This document shows, piece after piece, positions 19,008 through 28,682 of a DNA stretch of 64,000 nucleotides. The DNA comes from Alphaproteobacteria bacterium (GTDB lineage: Bacteria > Pseudomonadota > Alphaproteobacteria > GCA-2746255), in the NCBI GenBank assembly GCA_965249135.1, contig OZ252220.1, positions 736,001 through 800,000 on the forward strand, written 5' to 3'. Made by a program: the position numbers and the translations under genes. The notes beneath the pieces were generated by a model. That model ran no database searches and was not told the DNA's origin. It saw only the letters and a program-made list of their open reading frames with translations. Numbering within the stretch: the stretch's first letter is position 1; each line of letters begins with the position of its first letter.

Positions 19008-20080
19008 GGCCCGTCCGATCCATCGCCGCCGGACGCTCCCAAATGGTAATCGCTCGCCAGGTAACGCTGCACCCCGAAACGTCCCATGACCCCGATGACC
19101 GCCGCAATCGGGACCGCCAGCAGCAGGCCTAAGAAACCGCCGACGGTAGCACCTGCAAAGAGCGCGAAGATGACCCACACCGGATGCAGGCCAACGCGTT
19201 CGCCGACCAGTTTCGGCGTCACGAAATTTCCTTCGATCACCTGGCCGGCGAGAAAGACGCCGGCAACGATCGCCACCGGAAGCCAATCGGAAAACTGAAG
19301 CAGCGCCAGCGTCATGCCGACGGCGAACCCGATGAGCATGCCGAAATACGGGATGAACGAGATGAGGCCCGTCCCAAAGCCGATGACGAGCCCGAAATCG
19401 AGGCCGGCCAGCGTGAGGCCGATGCCGTAGAACAGACCCAGCAAAACGCAAACCATCGCCTGGCCTCGCACGAACCCGGCCAGCGTGTGATCGATTTCAC
19501 GAAGTTGCCCGCGGATCACCTCGGCCTGCGCCTTCGGCAGCCAGCCGTCGACGCGCCGGACGATCTTGTCCCAGTCGCGAAGCAGGTAAAAGATGACGAT
19601 CGGCGTTATCAGAAGCAGCGAGATCAGGTTAAAAAGCGCGAGCCCGCCGCTCAAAATTCTTTCGGCGATGCCGCCCACCCAACCCAGCATCTTGCCGGCC
19701 TCCGCGCCGGCCGCGGCTTCGATCTTGCCGACGATCTCCGGCGAAAGCCCGGCGAACAGTTGCGTCACGTAAGGGACCAGCGTCTCGCGGACTTCTCTTA
19801 AGTAATCCGGAACGCGTTCGGCAAAGGCCGTGATCTGATTTTCCAGAACCGGCCAGAAAAGCAGCAAGAAGAGAAAAATAAGCAGGTAGAAGCCAAGCAT
19901 GGTCAGGATCGCCGCAAGGGTGCGCGAACGCGCCACCGCCTGGAGGCGATCGGCGATGGGGTCCAGGAAGTATGCGACCCCCAGGCCCACGACGAACGGC
20001 AGCAGGATGTCCCGGAAGAGATAGAGAAACGCCACAAAAAGAAGGGCGGCGATGCTCCAGAACCGAAGAGATCTTGTCAT
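19004..20080 (-). CDS. AI-2E family transporter
   Basis: AYFLDP, FVRGQ, FIPYFG, QVIEGNFVTPKLVG and GLHP motifs. Confidence 0.92.
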   Translation of the reverse strand: MTRSLRFWSIAALLFVAFLYLFRDILLPFVVGLGVAYFLDPIADRLQAVARSRTLAAILTMLGFYLLIFLFLLLFWPVLENQITAFAERVPDYLREVRETLVPYVTQLFAGLSPEIVGKIEAAAGAEAGKMLGWVGGIAERILSGGLALFNLISLLLITPIVIFYLLRDWDKIVRRVDGWLPKAQAEVIRGQLREIDHTLAGFVRGQAMVCVLLGLFYGIGLTLAGLDFGLVIGFGTGLISFIPYFGMLIGFAVGMTLALLQFSDWLPVAIVAGVFLAGQVIEGNFVTPKLVGERVGLHPVWVIFALFAGATVGGFLGLLLAVPIAAVIGVMGRFGVQRYLASDYHLGASGGDGSDGP

Positions 20081-20087
20081 CTAAGCC

Positions 20088-20639
20088 CTACTCCTCCAAT
20101 CCAGCCGCCCGCTGCGACCAGACCACGATATAGCACCCGCCCGAGAACACCGTCGATGCCGCAACGAAATAGACGAGGATTTCCGTCAATGTCGCGACCG
20201 GGAGCTGCAAACCAAGCCCGGCCAGGACGACGCCTGCCAAAAGAATCTGCGCCAGCGTGTTGAGTTTGCCGCTGACCAGTGGCCGCATATGCAACTGGCT
20301 GGTCAGGCCCCGGAACACCATGGCGCCACCGACGATCACCAGATCACGGAAAATGGAGAGCGTAACCAGCCACATCGGAAGATGCCCCGCCACGCCGAGC
20401 GAGATAAAGACCCCCATCAAAAGCGCCTTGTCCGCAATCGGATCCAGATAGGCGCCAAGGATCGTGCGGGAGTCGAACCGCTTGGCGATGAAGCCGTCGA
20501 CGCCATCCGAGATGCTCGCCACGAGGAACAGCCAAAAGGCGGCGGTGAAAGCCTGCTCAAGCAGTAGCCACAGCACCAGCGGCACGGCGAGGAGCCGCAG
20601 GAGACTGATGATATTGGGTATGGTCGCCATCCCGTTCAT
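20088..20639 (-). CDS. CDP-alcohol phosphatidyltransferase
   Basis: TIPNIISLLR and SDGVDGFIAKRF...GAYLDPIADK; start 20639 or 20630. Confidence 0.92.
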   Translation of the reverse strand: MNGMATIPNIISLLRLLAVPLVLWLLLEQAFTAAFWLFLVASISDGVDGFIAKRFDSRTILGAYLDPIADKALLMGVFISLGVAGHLPMWLVTLSIFRDLVIVGGAMVFRGLTSQLHMRPLVSGKLNTLAQILLAGVVLAGLGLQLPVATLTEILVYFVAASTVFSGGCYIVVWSQRAAGLEE

Positions 20640-20661
20640 CGCCGGATTCGCATGCACGTTC

Positions 20662-21831
20662 TCACGGCGCACCCTCCGCCCCACCCTCCAGTTTCAAGAC
20701 AAGGGCCTGGCCTCCCCGATAGGACTGGAAGGAAAGGACGAGATCGCTTTGCAAGAGCGCCCGTTGTAGCTGCATGCCACCCCCCTGAAAACGTAGCCGG
20801 ATCCGCGCCTCTTCGTGGGAAAGGTAGACAAGCCGGCTTTCGAGGACGGAGGGGATGCGCTCAAGGCGCCTCTCGATTTCTAGCCAATCCTCCAGTCCCT
20901 GCAACGGCGTGACCACCGTCACCTCGCCCTCTTCCCCCGACTGCAAGAGATTGTCAAGCTTCCAGCTTTCCTCGATGCGATGCAGCGTCTGCTCGACCGC
21001 CTGGCGAAGCAGATCCTTAAGCAATTCGCGACCGGTTCCCACGAAACTCGCCACGTAGACGTCTCCCCAGGCGCCGGCGCCATAGCGGCTTAGACTCAAA
21101 TAGATGGCCGGAAGATTGAGAAAGGCCGCCGTCGTCGAACGGACTTGGGCGACAAGCGTTGCCGTCGCATCGTAGCGTTTCGATACCGTGTCCAGGCGAT
21201 CCTGATCGCCAAGTGCGGCTTGGGCCGCATCGATGGCGGCGACGTCCTCGAGATCGCCAAGGGGAAGGACGAACGGCACGAGCCCATCACGCGGGGTCAG
21301 CACCACCCACACATCCCACCAGGGATTCGGGCCTCGCCAAAGCATTCGTTCTTCCCCGGAATCAAAAACGGGCAGGACGAGAACCGGTTTGCTGCGAGTC
21401 GTCGCATATGGAATTTCGTGGCCCTGAAGGAACTTCAGGAATTCGTCGCCTTTGAAATGAACCGTCAGCTTTGCGAGGTAACGAATCCCGGACGTTTTTT
21501 CGTCCCGTACCTCGAAGGCGCGCACCAGATTGGCGATGTCATCCGGCTTGATCTCCGGAAGGCGCGCCCGATCCTGACGCAGCGTCAGCCGATCGAACAG
21601 GCGCAGGAAGGCCTCGTACTGGCCCTCGGCGAGGGCCACCTTGCGCGCCTGGTCGGCGGCACGGGCAGTGGCATCGACGGCCACGTCTTCCACCGTAAAG
21701 ACATCCACCGATGCGGCATGCGCGGCGGCGGCAAAGCCAAGCGCGGCGGCAACCACGAAGGCAGCCGCAAGGCGCCAAGTCGAACAAAGGGCCATTGCAA
21801 ACCGTCGGCGATCAAGTATCTTCAGCGTCAC
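20662..21831 (-). CDS. DUF2066-like exported protein
   Basis: Signal peptide (AAAHA), [20 protein letters not shown]; conserved position upstream of purM; start uncertain (21831 or 21795). Confidence 0.72.
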   Translation of the reverse strand: MTLKILDRRRFAMALCSTWRLAAAFVVAAALGFAAAAHAASVDVFTVEDVAVDATARAADQARKVALAEGQYEAFLRLFDRLTLRQDRARLPEIKPDDIANLVRAFEVRDEKTSGIRYLAKLTVHFKGDEFLKFLQGHEIPYATTRSKPVLVLPVFDSGEERMLWRGPNPWWDVWVVLTPRDGLVPFVLPLGDLEDVAAIDAAQAALGDQDRLDTVSKRYDATATLVAQVRSTTAAFLNLPAIYLSLSRYGAGAWGDVYVASFVGTGRELLKDLLRQAVEQTLHRIEESWKLDNLLQSGEEGEVTVVTPLQGLEDWLEIERRLERIPSVLESRLVYLSHEEARIRLRFQGGGMQLQRALLQSDLVLSFQSYRGGQALVLKLEGGAEGAP

Positions 21832-21879
21832 AAGGCATGCTCGGATTCACATACTATACCTATCACGGGCGGAACGGCC

Positions 21880-22944
21880 ATTAACAGCCGCACGTACAAA
21901 GGGGCAGGCGTCGATATCGAGGCCGGTGCGGCCCTCGTCGAAGCGATCAAACCGCTTGCAGGCAGAACCGCCCGCAAGGGAGCGCTCGGCGGCCTGGGCG
22001 GGTTTGGCGGCCTCTTCGATGTGACGGCCGCAGGTTTTCACGATCCCGTTCTCGTCGCGGCGACGGATGGGGTCGGCACGAAGCTCAAGATTGCCATCGC
22101 CACCGGCCGCCATGAAACGATCGGGATCGACCTCGTGGCGATGTGCGTGAACGACATCGTCGTGCAGGGTGCGGAACCGCTTTTCTTTCTGGACTATTTC
22201 GCCACCGCGAATTTGAACGTCGAGACGGCGAAACGCGTGCTTGGCGGCGTTGCGGAAGGCTGCATCGAAGCGGGTTGCGCGTTGATCGGGGGGGAGACCG
22301 CCGAGATGCCGGACATGTATGAGAAAACCGACTACGAGCTTGCCGGTTTCGCCGTCGGTGCCGTCGAGCGAACGCGCCTGCTTACCGGCGAAACGGTGGC
22401 GCCTGGCGATACCGTGCTAGGCCTGCAGTCGAACGGCCTGCACGCGAACGGCTTCTCCCTTGTCCGGCGGATCATCAAGGATGCAAAGCTTGCCTTCGAC
22501 GATGCCTGCCCGTTCGATCAAAGCCGAAGCCTTGGCGAAGCCCTGCTTCAACCGACTCGAATCTATGTGAAAAGTGCGCTTCGGGCGCTTGGCTCCGGAA
22601 AAGTAAAGGCGCTCGCCCACATCACCGGCGGCGGGCTCGTGGAAAACGTGCCGCGCGTCCTTCCCGAGGCGCTCGTCGCCGAAATCGACGCCACCGCCTG
22701 GCCCTATCCGTCTATTTTCCGCATGCTCGCCGAGGCGGGCAGGGTGACGCCTGTGGAAATGGCACGCACCTTCAATTGCGGCATCGGCATGGTGGCGATT
22801 GTGGCGCCCGAGGATGCGGCCGAGATCGAAGGCCATCTCCGGGAAGGGGGCGAGATCGTGCATACGATCGGCAAGATCGCAAAAGGCACAGGCCGGCCGG
22901 CAACCGTCCAGTTGAAAGGGATCGAGGCGGCATGGGCCGGGTAA
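21880..22944 (+). CDS. purM: AIR synthetase PurM, no canonical start codon (ATT 21880 proposed)
   Basis: [43 protein letters not shown] and RTFNCGIG motifs. Confidence 0.95.
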   Translation: MNSRTYKGAGVDIEAGAALVEAIKPLAGRTARKGALGGLGGFGGLFDVTAAGFHDPVLVAATDGVGTKLKIAIATGRHETIGIDLVAMCVNDIVVQGAEPLFFLDYFATANLNVETAKRVLGGVAEGCIEAGCALIGGETAEMPDMYEKTDYELAGFAVGAVERTRLLTGETVAPGDTVLGLQSNGLHANGFSLVRRIIKDAKLAFDDACPFDQSRSLGEALLQPTRIYVKSALRALGSGKVKALAHITGGGLVENVPRVLPEALVAEIDATAWPYPSIFRMLAEAGRVTPVEMARTFNCGIGMVAIVAPEDAAEIEGHLREGGEIVHTIGKIAKGTGRPATVQLKGIEAAWAG

Positions 22945-23594
22945 AGGTCGGCGTCCTTATTTCCGGACGCGGCAGCAATCTCGAGGCCTTGATGGCGGCC
23001 TGCAAGGCGGCCGACTATCCGGCCGAGATCGTTCTCGTCATCTCGAACGTAGAAGGCGCGAAGGGGCTGGGCCTTGCGGAACGCGACCATATTCCGACCC
23101 GGGTGATCCCGCACAAGGATTTTCCAGATCGCGCCGCCTTCGATACGGCCCTCGATGCGGCCCTAAAGGAGGCAGGCGTCGAGATCGTCTGCCTGGCCGG
23201 TTTCATGCGCCTCCTTGGCAAGAAATTCGCCGAGGATTGGCGGGATCGGGTCCTCAACATCCACCCCTCCCTGCTTCCCGCCTTCCCCGGCCTGGACACC
23301 CATCGTAAAGCGCTCGACGCCGGCGTGAAGATCAGCGGCTGCACGGTGCACATCGTCCGCCCGGAACTGGACGACGGCCCCATCGTCGTCCAGGCGGCGG
23401 TGCCGGTCGCCGCGGACGACACGCCCGCCACGCTTGCCGCCCGGATTCTCGAGATGGAACACCGGTGCTATCCGCTGGCCCTGCGTCTGCTTGCTTCGGG
23501 CAAGATCCACATACAAGGCAATGTAGCCGCCATCAAAGGTGGGCCGCCCAAAGCCGGTTTCCTCAACCCGGCCGGGCAAGCCCGGCCAAACTAA
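22932..23594 (+). CDS. purN: Phosphoribosylglycinamide formyltransferase
   Basis: [23 protein letters not shown] and LDDGP motifs. Confidence 0.97.
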   Translation: MGRVKVGVLISGRGSNLEALMAACKAADYPAEIVLVISNVEGAKGLGLAERDHIPTRVIPHKDFPDRAAFDTALDAALKEAGVEIVCLAGFMRLLGKKFAEDWRDRVLNIHPSLLPAFPGLDTHRKALDAGVKISGCTVHIVRPELDDGPIVVQAAVPVAADDTPATLAARILEMEHRCYPLALRLLASGKIHIQGNVAAIKGGPPKAGFLNPAGQARPN

Positions 23595-23696
23595 CCGGAG
23601 GGCCAAGCCCCCGAAGGTGTTCCCTTGAGCGGCAATCTGCGCTATATCAGCGGGCGAACCTTGACCGCAGTCTAACGAGCTTAAGGAGTGGTGACG

Positions 23697-23819
23697 ATGG
23701 CCGACGATCATGATCTTCAATCCCACCAGAACATGTGGGCCGGCTTCTTGAAACTGATCTGGGTCTCGGCTGGCGCAACGGTCATTCTGTTGAGCCTGAT
23801 GGCGTATTTCTTGGTTTAA
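23697..23819 (+). CDS. aa3-type cytochrome c oxidase subunit IV (40 aa), not in ORF track
   Basis: AAGGAG RBS; MADDHDLQSHQNMWAGFLKLIWVSAGATVILLSLMAYFLV* fits the D-x3-H-x3-(W/Y)-x-GF plus single TM helix pattern. Confidence 0.8.
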   Translation: MADDHDLQSHQNMWAGFLKLIWVSAGATVILLSLMAYFLV

Positions 23820-23841
23820 GGCTTAACGCTTCGCTTCCTAC

Positions 23842-24264
23842 CTAACCGACGATCTCCGCCTCTTTAAAGAAGAAGTCGATTTCCTTCTTCGCATTCTCTA
23901 GCGAATCGGATCCGTGAACGGAATTCGCTTCGATCGATTCGGCGAATGCTTTACGGATCGTGCCCTCTTTCGCCTCCGCCGGGTTCGTCGCCCCCATGAC
24001 CTCGCGATTGCGGCGAACGGCGTCCTCGCCCTCGAGGGCCTGCACGACGATGGCGCCGGACGTCATGAAGGTGCAAAGACCGTCGAAGAAGGGCCGCTCG
24101 GCGTGCACCTCGTAGAAGGCTTCCGCCTCCTTCCGTGTCAGCCGCAGGCGTTTTTGAGCGACGATGCAAAGCCCCGCTTCTTCAAGCATCGCATTGATCC
24201 GGCCGGTCAGATTCCGGCGCGTCGCATCCGGCTTGATGATGGAAAGCGTTCGTTCAACGGCCAT
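23842..24264 (-). CDS. ndk: Nucleoside diphosphate kinase
   Basis: [16 protein letters not shown] and NSVHGSDS motifs. Confidence 0.98.
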   Translation of the reverse strand: MAVERTLSIIKPDATRRNLTGRINAMLEEAGLCIVAQKRLRLTRKEAEAFYEVHAERPFFDGLCTFMTSGAIVVQALEGEDAVRRNREVMGATNPAEAKEGTIRKAFAESIEANSVHGSDSLENAKKEIDFFFKEAEIVG

Positions 24265-24269
24265 TCGCC

Positions 24270-24722
24270 TCAACCTTCCTTCTTCTCCCAGCCGCCGCCC
24301 GGCGTCTGCTGCCAGTAGATGAGTTCATGGCCCTCTTCCCGATAGCGCCGCCACCGCTCGCGCGCGGCTGCGACGGCGTGCTCGTCCCGGCCATCGAAAA
24401 GCTCGAGGCAGCGTTCGTACTCTCCCATTCGCTCGGAAGCCATGCCGTCCGTCAGCACGAGAACGGAAGCGCCGTTCGGATTCTCGTCCTCGGTCGTCAG
24501 CCAAACCGGCTGGTCTTCCCCATGGCCGTCCTGGCGGCTGCCATGGGGCAAGAAGGAATGGGGCGCCAACGTCCAAAGCGCTGCGTCGAGCATCCCGACC
24601 CGCTCCTCGGAACCGGCGAGCACGATGGCCCGCGCCTTGTTCGCCAGAACCTTCTCGAGGAGCTGTGCCAGCGCCTGTTCCAGCGTGCTTCGCTGCAGAT
24701 GGTAGAAGTTGATCGCCGTCAT
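24270..24722 (-). CDS. holC: DNA polymerase III chi subunit
   Basis: FYHL, LDAALW...SFLPHG and ARERWRRY motifs; downstream of pepA. Confidence 0.95.
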   Translation of the reverse strand: MTAINFYHLQRSTLEQALAQLLEKVLANKARAIVLAGSEERVGMLDAALWTLAPHSFLPHGSRQDGHGEDQPVWLTTEDENPNGASVLVLTDGMASERMGEYERCLELFDGRDEHAVAAARERWRRYREEGHELIYWQQTPGGGWEKKEG

Positions 24723-24735
24723 CGTGCGGACGTGG

Positions 24736-26241
24736 CTACCTTCCTTCGTAATTGTCCGCAACGAAGCGGTTTAGCAGGCGTACGCCGAATCCCGTCCCAC
24801 CCTTCGGCACGGTCGGTTTCTTCCGCGTCGACCACGTCACGCCGGCGATATCGATATGGGCCCACGGGATGTCCTGAATGTAGCGCTTCAGGAACTGGGC
24901 CGCCGTGCTGCTGCCAGCGCCACGGCCGGAGCCGACGTTCTTCATGTCGGCGATGTCGGAGTCGATGTCCTTGTCATACGCCTCATCGAGCGGCATCCGC
25001 CACAGGCGTTCGCCCTCCTTCTCCCCGGCATTGGCTAATTTGGCGGCGAGCTTGTCGTCCGTTGCGAAGAGCCCGGCAAACTCCGTGCCAAGCGCCACGA
25101 TGATCGCACCGGTAAGCGTTGCAAGATCGACGATGACTTTTGGCTTGAAGCGGTCCTGGCAATACCAAAGGGCGTCCGCGAGCACGAGCCTTCCTTCCGC
25201 ATCCGTATTGATGACCTCGACCGTCTGACCGGACATCGAGGTTACGACGTCGCCCGGACGCTGCGCCGTCCCCGACGGCATGTTCTCGACTAGCCCGATG
25301 ATTCCGACGGCATTCACCCGCGCCTTACGGGCCGCCAGCGCGCGAAGAACGCCGAGCACGACGGCGGATCCGCCCATGTCCCACTTCATGTCCTCCATGT
25401 GGGCGGAAGGTTTGATCGATATCCCGCCGCTGTCGAAGGTGACGCCCTTCCCGACGAAGGCGATCGGGGACTTGTCCTTCGCGCGTTTCGCGGCGCCCAA
25501 CCAGCGCAGCACGACGATACGTGGCTTTCGCACGCTTCCTTGGGCAACCCCCAAAAGCGCGCCCATGCCAAGCTTCCGCATATCCGTTTCATCAAGGACT
25601 TCGACCTTGACGCCCAAGCGGCGGAGCTTGAGCGCCTCGCGCGCCAGGGTTTCCGGATAAATGACATTCGCCGGCTCCGAAACGAGATCGCGCGTGAAGA
25701 AGACGCTGTCTGCAACCTTCTCCAGCGGCTCGTAGCGACGTCTGGCCTGGGCCGCCCCCTTCAACTGAATGGAAAGCCGTTCGAGTGACGGTTTCGCGTC
25801 CGGCTTCTTTTTCTTCCGGTATTTGTCGAAACGATAGCTACTTAAAGTGGCGCCATAGGCAATGCTCGTGGCGATCTCCAAGGCGCGCACTTTGCAGCCG
25901 GTCGGCCGATCGACGAGCACCGTTCCGTCCTTTTCTTTGGCCGCATTGATTTGGCTGACGATTTCCCCGCCGATATTCTGGAAAGCGATTTCGGAAAGGT
26001 CCTTCGCGCTGCCAAGGCCGATGAGAATGATCTGGCTGGCCTGAATATTCCGAGGCGCCAAAAGCTTCAGCGTCTGCTTCCGCTTGCCTTCGAAATGCCC
26101 ACCCTTGATGGCGCGTTTGATGGCGCCTTCACTTTCTTTGTCGAGGTTGGCTGCCGCCGCACTCAAGCGGTTGCCTTCGGGCACGCCGATGACGATGGCA
26201 CCGGTCTTCAACGGACGTGGTTCGGAGAAATCGATTTTCAT
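24736..26241 (-). CDS. pepA: Leucyl aminopeptidase (M17)
   Basis: VGKGVTFDSGG, MKWDMGG and NTDAEGRL motifs. Confidence 0.97.
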   Translation of the reverse strand: MKIDFSEPRPLKTGAIVIGVPEGNRLSAAAANLDKESEGAIKRAIKGGHFEGKRKQTLKLLAPRNIQASQIILIGLGSAKDLSEIAFQNIGGEIVSQINAAKEKDGTVLVDRPTGCKVRALEIATSIAYGATLSSYRFDKYRKKKKPDAKPSLERLSIQLKGAAQARRRYEPLEKVADSVFFTRDLVSEPANVIYPETLAREALKLRRLGVKVEVLDETDMRKLGMGALLGVAQGSVRKPRIVVLRWLGAAKRAKDKSPIAFVGKGVTFDSGGISIKPSAHMEDMKWDMGGSAVVLGVLRALAARKARVNAVGIIGLVENMPSGTAQRPGDVVTSMSGQTVEVINTDAEGRLVLADALWYCQDRFKPKVIVDLATLTGAIIVALGTEFAGLFATDDKLAAKLANAGEKEGERLWRMPLDEAYDKDIDSDIADMKNVGSGRGAGSSTAAQFLKRYIQDIPWAHIDIAGVTWSTRKKPTVPKGGTGFGVRLLNRFVADNYEGR

Positions 26242-26443
26242 GAACGGGCCCTCCCCAACTCCGTGATCAAGGGGTTTGCACTCACCTGCCCCCTACTCTA
26301 CCGATCCACGAGACAAAGAAAAGTGGGACGTCCGGTCGGCACGAGGCGCCTCAAAAAGCGCTCGCCCCTTCCATAACTGTCCGGAAAACAGTAAAGAATG
26401 CCTGTCTGCCTCGGGATGGCAGGACTATAATCCGGCTCGAAGC

Positions 26444-27574
26444 ATGAGAAAAATTGCCTTTCTTTATGTCCTTCGTCAGCTTGCCTGGGCGACGGTGCTC
26501 GTCTGCGTGGGCCTCACCTGTGTGATCTGGCTGACCCAGTCGCTTCATTTCGTCGACCTGATCGTCAACCGTGGCATCGATCTTTCGGCCTTTGCCTCGT
26601 TGACCCTCTACCTATTGCCGACCTACCTCGTCATCGTCATCCCGATCGCGTTCTTTGCCGCCGTGCTGTTTACCTACAACAAGCTGATCGTCGACAGTGA
26701 ATTGATCGTGCTTCGTGCAGCGGGATTGCGCCCTCAAACCCTGGCGGCGCCCGCGCTTGTGCTCGCGCTCATGCTTACTGCCATCTGCTATAGCGCAACG
26801 CTTTATTTTCTTCCCAACTCTTACCGGGAATTCAAGGACCTTCAATTCCTGTTCCGCCACAGCTATTCCGCCGTCCTACTGAGGGAGGGTGTCTTTAACT
26901 CCTTCGGCGAAGGGCTCACCGTTTATGTGCGCGAGCGTGCCGGAAATGACGAACTCTACGGCATTTTGATGCACGATAGCCGAAACACGAAGCAATCCGT
27001 GACGATCATGGCCGAGCACGGCAAGTTCGTGCGAACGGATACCGGCCCCAAAGTCATTTTGCTCAATGGAAATCGTCAGGAAATCGATGAAGAGACGTCT
27101 CGCCTGCAACTCCTCTATTTCGATCGGTACACGGTCGATTTGGGCAATGTTGGACAGGCCCCCGGCTATCGCTGGCGGGAGCCGCGCGAGCGTTACCTCC
27201 CCGAACTCTTCTTTCCGACAAGTTCCGAAGATGATCAGAACAACAAGGGGAAACTGATCGCCGAGGGGCACCAACGGCTGGTCTCCCCCCTTTACAATCT
27301 TAGCTTCCTGTTCATCGCGCTTGCCACCCTCTTGTCCGGCGATTTCAATCGGCGCGGACAGACCGTACGCATTCTTACTGCGGTTGGTTTTGCGATCGTC
27401 GTTGAGTTCCTCGGCATTGGCCTTAACAACCTTGCGGCGAAAATACCGATAACGATTCCATTGATGTATTTGAATGTCGTCCTTCCGATCGCCATCGGCT
27501 ATCACCTCCTGGCAACGGGAAGCTTTCGCAAGCGGCTGATCCCGGCCACGGAACAGGAACCACGAGCCGGGTAG
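26444..27574 (+). CDS. lptF: LPS export permease LptF
   Basis: DSELIVLRAAG, six-TM YjgP/Q pattern; divergent from pepA. Confidence 0.92.
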   Translation: MRKIAFLYVLRQLAWATVLVCVGLTCVIWLTQSLHFVDLIVNRGIDLSAFASLTLYLLPTYLVIVIPIAFFAAVLFTYNKLIVDSELIVLRAAGLRPQTLAAPALVLALMLTAICYSATLYFLPNSYREFKDLQFLFRHSYSAVLLREGVFNSFGEGLTVYVRERAGNDELYGILMHDSRNTKQSVTIMAEHGKFVRTDTGPKVILLNGNRQEIDEETSRLQLLYFDRYTVDLGNVGQAPGYRWREPRERYLPELFFPTSSEDDQNNKGKLIAEGHQRLVSPLYNLSFLFIALATLLSGDFNRRGQTVRILTAVGFAIVVEFLGIGLNNLAAKIPITIPLMYLNVVLPIAIGYHLLATGSFRKRLIPATEQEPRAG

Positions 27575-27582
27575 GAGAAGCG

Positions 27583-28677
27583 GTGCAAGTTTCAACCATC
27601 CTCTCGCGTTATATCGGCCGACAGTTTCTGCTTGGCTTCCTTGCCATGTTGGCCTTGCTGGTTACGCTTATCCTATTCATCGACATCGTCGAATTGCTGC
27701 GGCGATCGGCCGTGCGTCCCGCCGTTACGATGGGTGACGTTTTCGGAATGGCCTTCCTGAAAATGCCCGATATGGCACAGAAAATAACGCCATTTGCCAT
27801 CCTGTTCAGTGGCTTGTTCGTCTTCTGGCGTTTGGCGCGACACCACGAGCTTGTCGTCATCCGAGGCGCGGGTCTTTCCGCCTGGCAGTTCCTGCTTCCG
27901 GTGCTGATCGTTGCCATCGGTATTGGGATTTTCAAAATTGCGGTTTTCAACCCACTCGCCTCCATCATGCTTACCCGATACGAGCAATTGGAAAACAAGT
28001 TGCTTCGTGGGAGGTCGAGCCTGCTTGCGCTCTCCACTTCCGGGCTTTGGTTGCGTCAAGCGAACGAAAACGATCAGTCGGTCATTCACGCGTTACGCAT
28101 GTCCCAGGACGATATGTCGTTCCAAGGCGTCACCATCTTCCTTTTTGAGGGAGCGGATCGCTTCACGAGCAGGATCGATGCCGAGTCTGCGCGTTTGCAG
28201 AAGGGGTATTGGCAATTGAAGAACGCGTGGCTCTCCGCCCCGGATCGTCCGGCGAAGTATGCCGGAAGCTATCGCGTAAAAACGGACCTTACGATCGAGA
28301 AGATTCAGGACAGCTTCGCCTCACCGGAAACGCTCTCCTTCTGGGAACTCCCGATTTTCATCGATACCCTGGAAAAAGCCGGCTTTTCAGCCAGGCGGCA
28401 TCGACTGCACTGGCATTCCCTGCTGGCTGAGCCCTTGCTGTTTTGCTCGATGGTGCTGATTGCCGCAACGTTTATGCTGCGACGCAGCCGTACGACAAAC
28501 AATGCGGCGCTGATTGCGATGGCGGCATTGGCGGGATTTCTTCTTTTTTTCCTTTCGGACGTCGTGCGCGCGCTTGGTCTTTCCGAGAAACTGCCCGTCG
28601 TGCTGGCCGCTTGGACGCCGGCCGGCGTCACCATGCTCCTTGCCCTTGCCATGATTCTCCACCTTGAGGATGGCTAA
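27583..28677 (+). CDS. lptG: LPS export permease LptG
   Basis: LSRYIGR, ELVVIRGAGLS, GLWLRQ, AAWTP and HLEDG motifs. Confidence 0.93.
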   Translation: MQVSTILSRYIGRQFLLGFLAMLALLVTLILFIDIVELLRRSAVRPAVTMGDVFGMAFLKMPDMAQKITPFAILFSGLFVFWRLARHHELVVIRGAGLSAWQFLLPVLIVAIGIGIFKIAVFNPLASIMLTRYEQLENKLLRGRSSLLALSTSGLWLRQANENDQSVIHALRMSQDDMSFQGVTIFLFEGADRFTSRIDAESARLQKGYWQLKNAWLSAPDRPAKYAGSYRVKTDLTIEKIQDSFASPETLSFWELPIFIDTLEKAGFSARRHRLHWHSLLAEPLLFCSMVLIAATFMLRRSRTTNNAALIAMAALAGFLLFFLSDVVRALGLSEKLPVVLAAWTPAGVTMLLALAMILHLEDG

Positions 28678-28682
28678 GCATC

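Noticed and set aside
21145-21879. 599-aa PurM fusion
   Set aside because: The extension is the antisense of the DUF2066-like gene and is not protein-like
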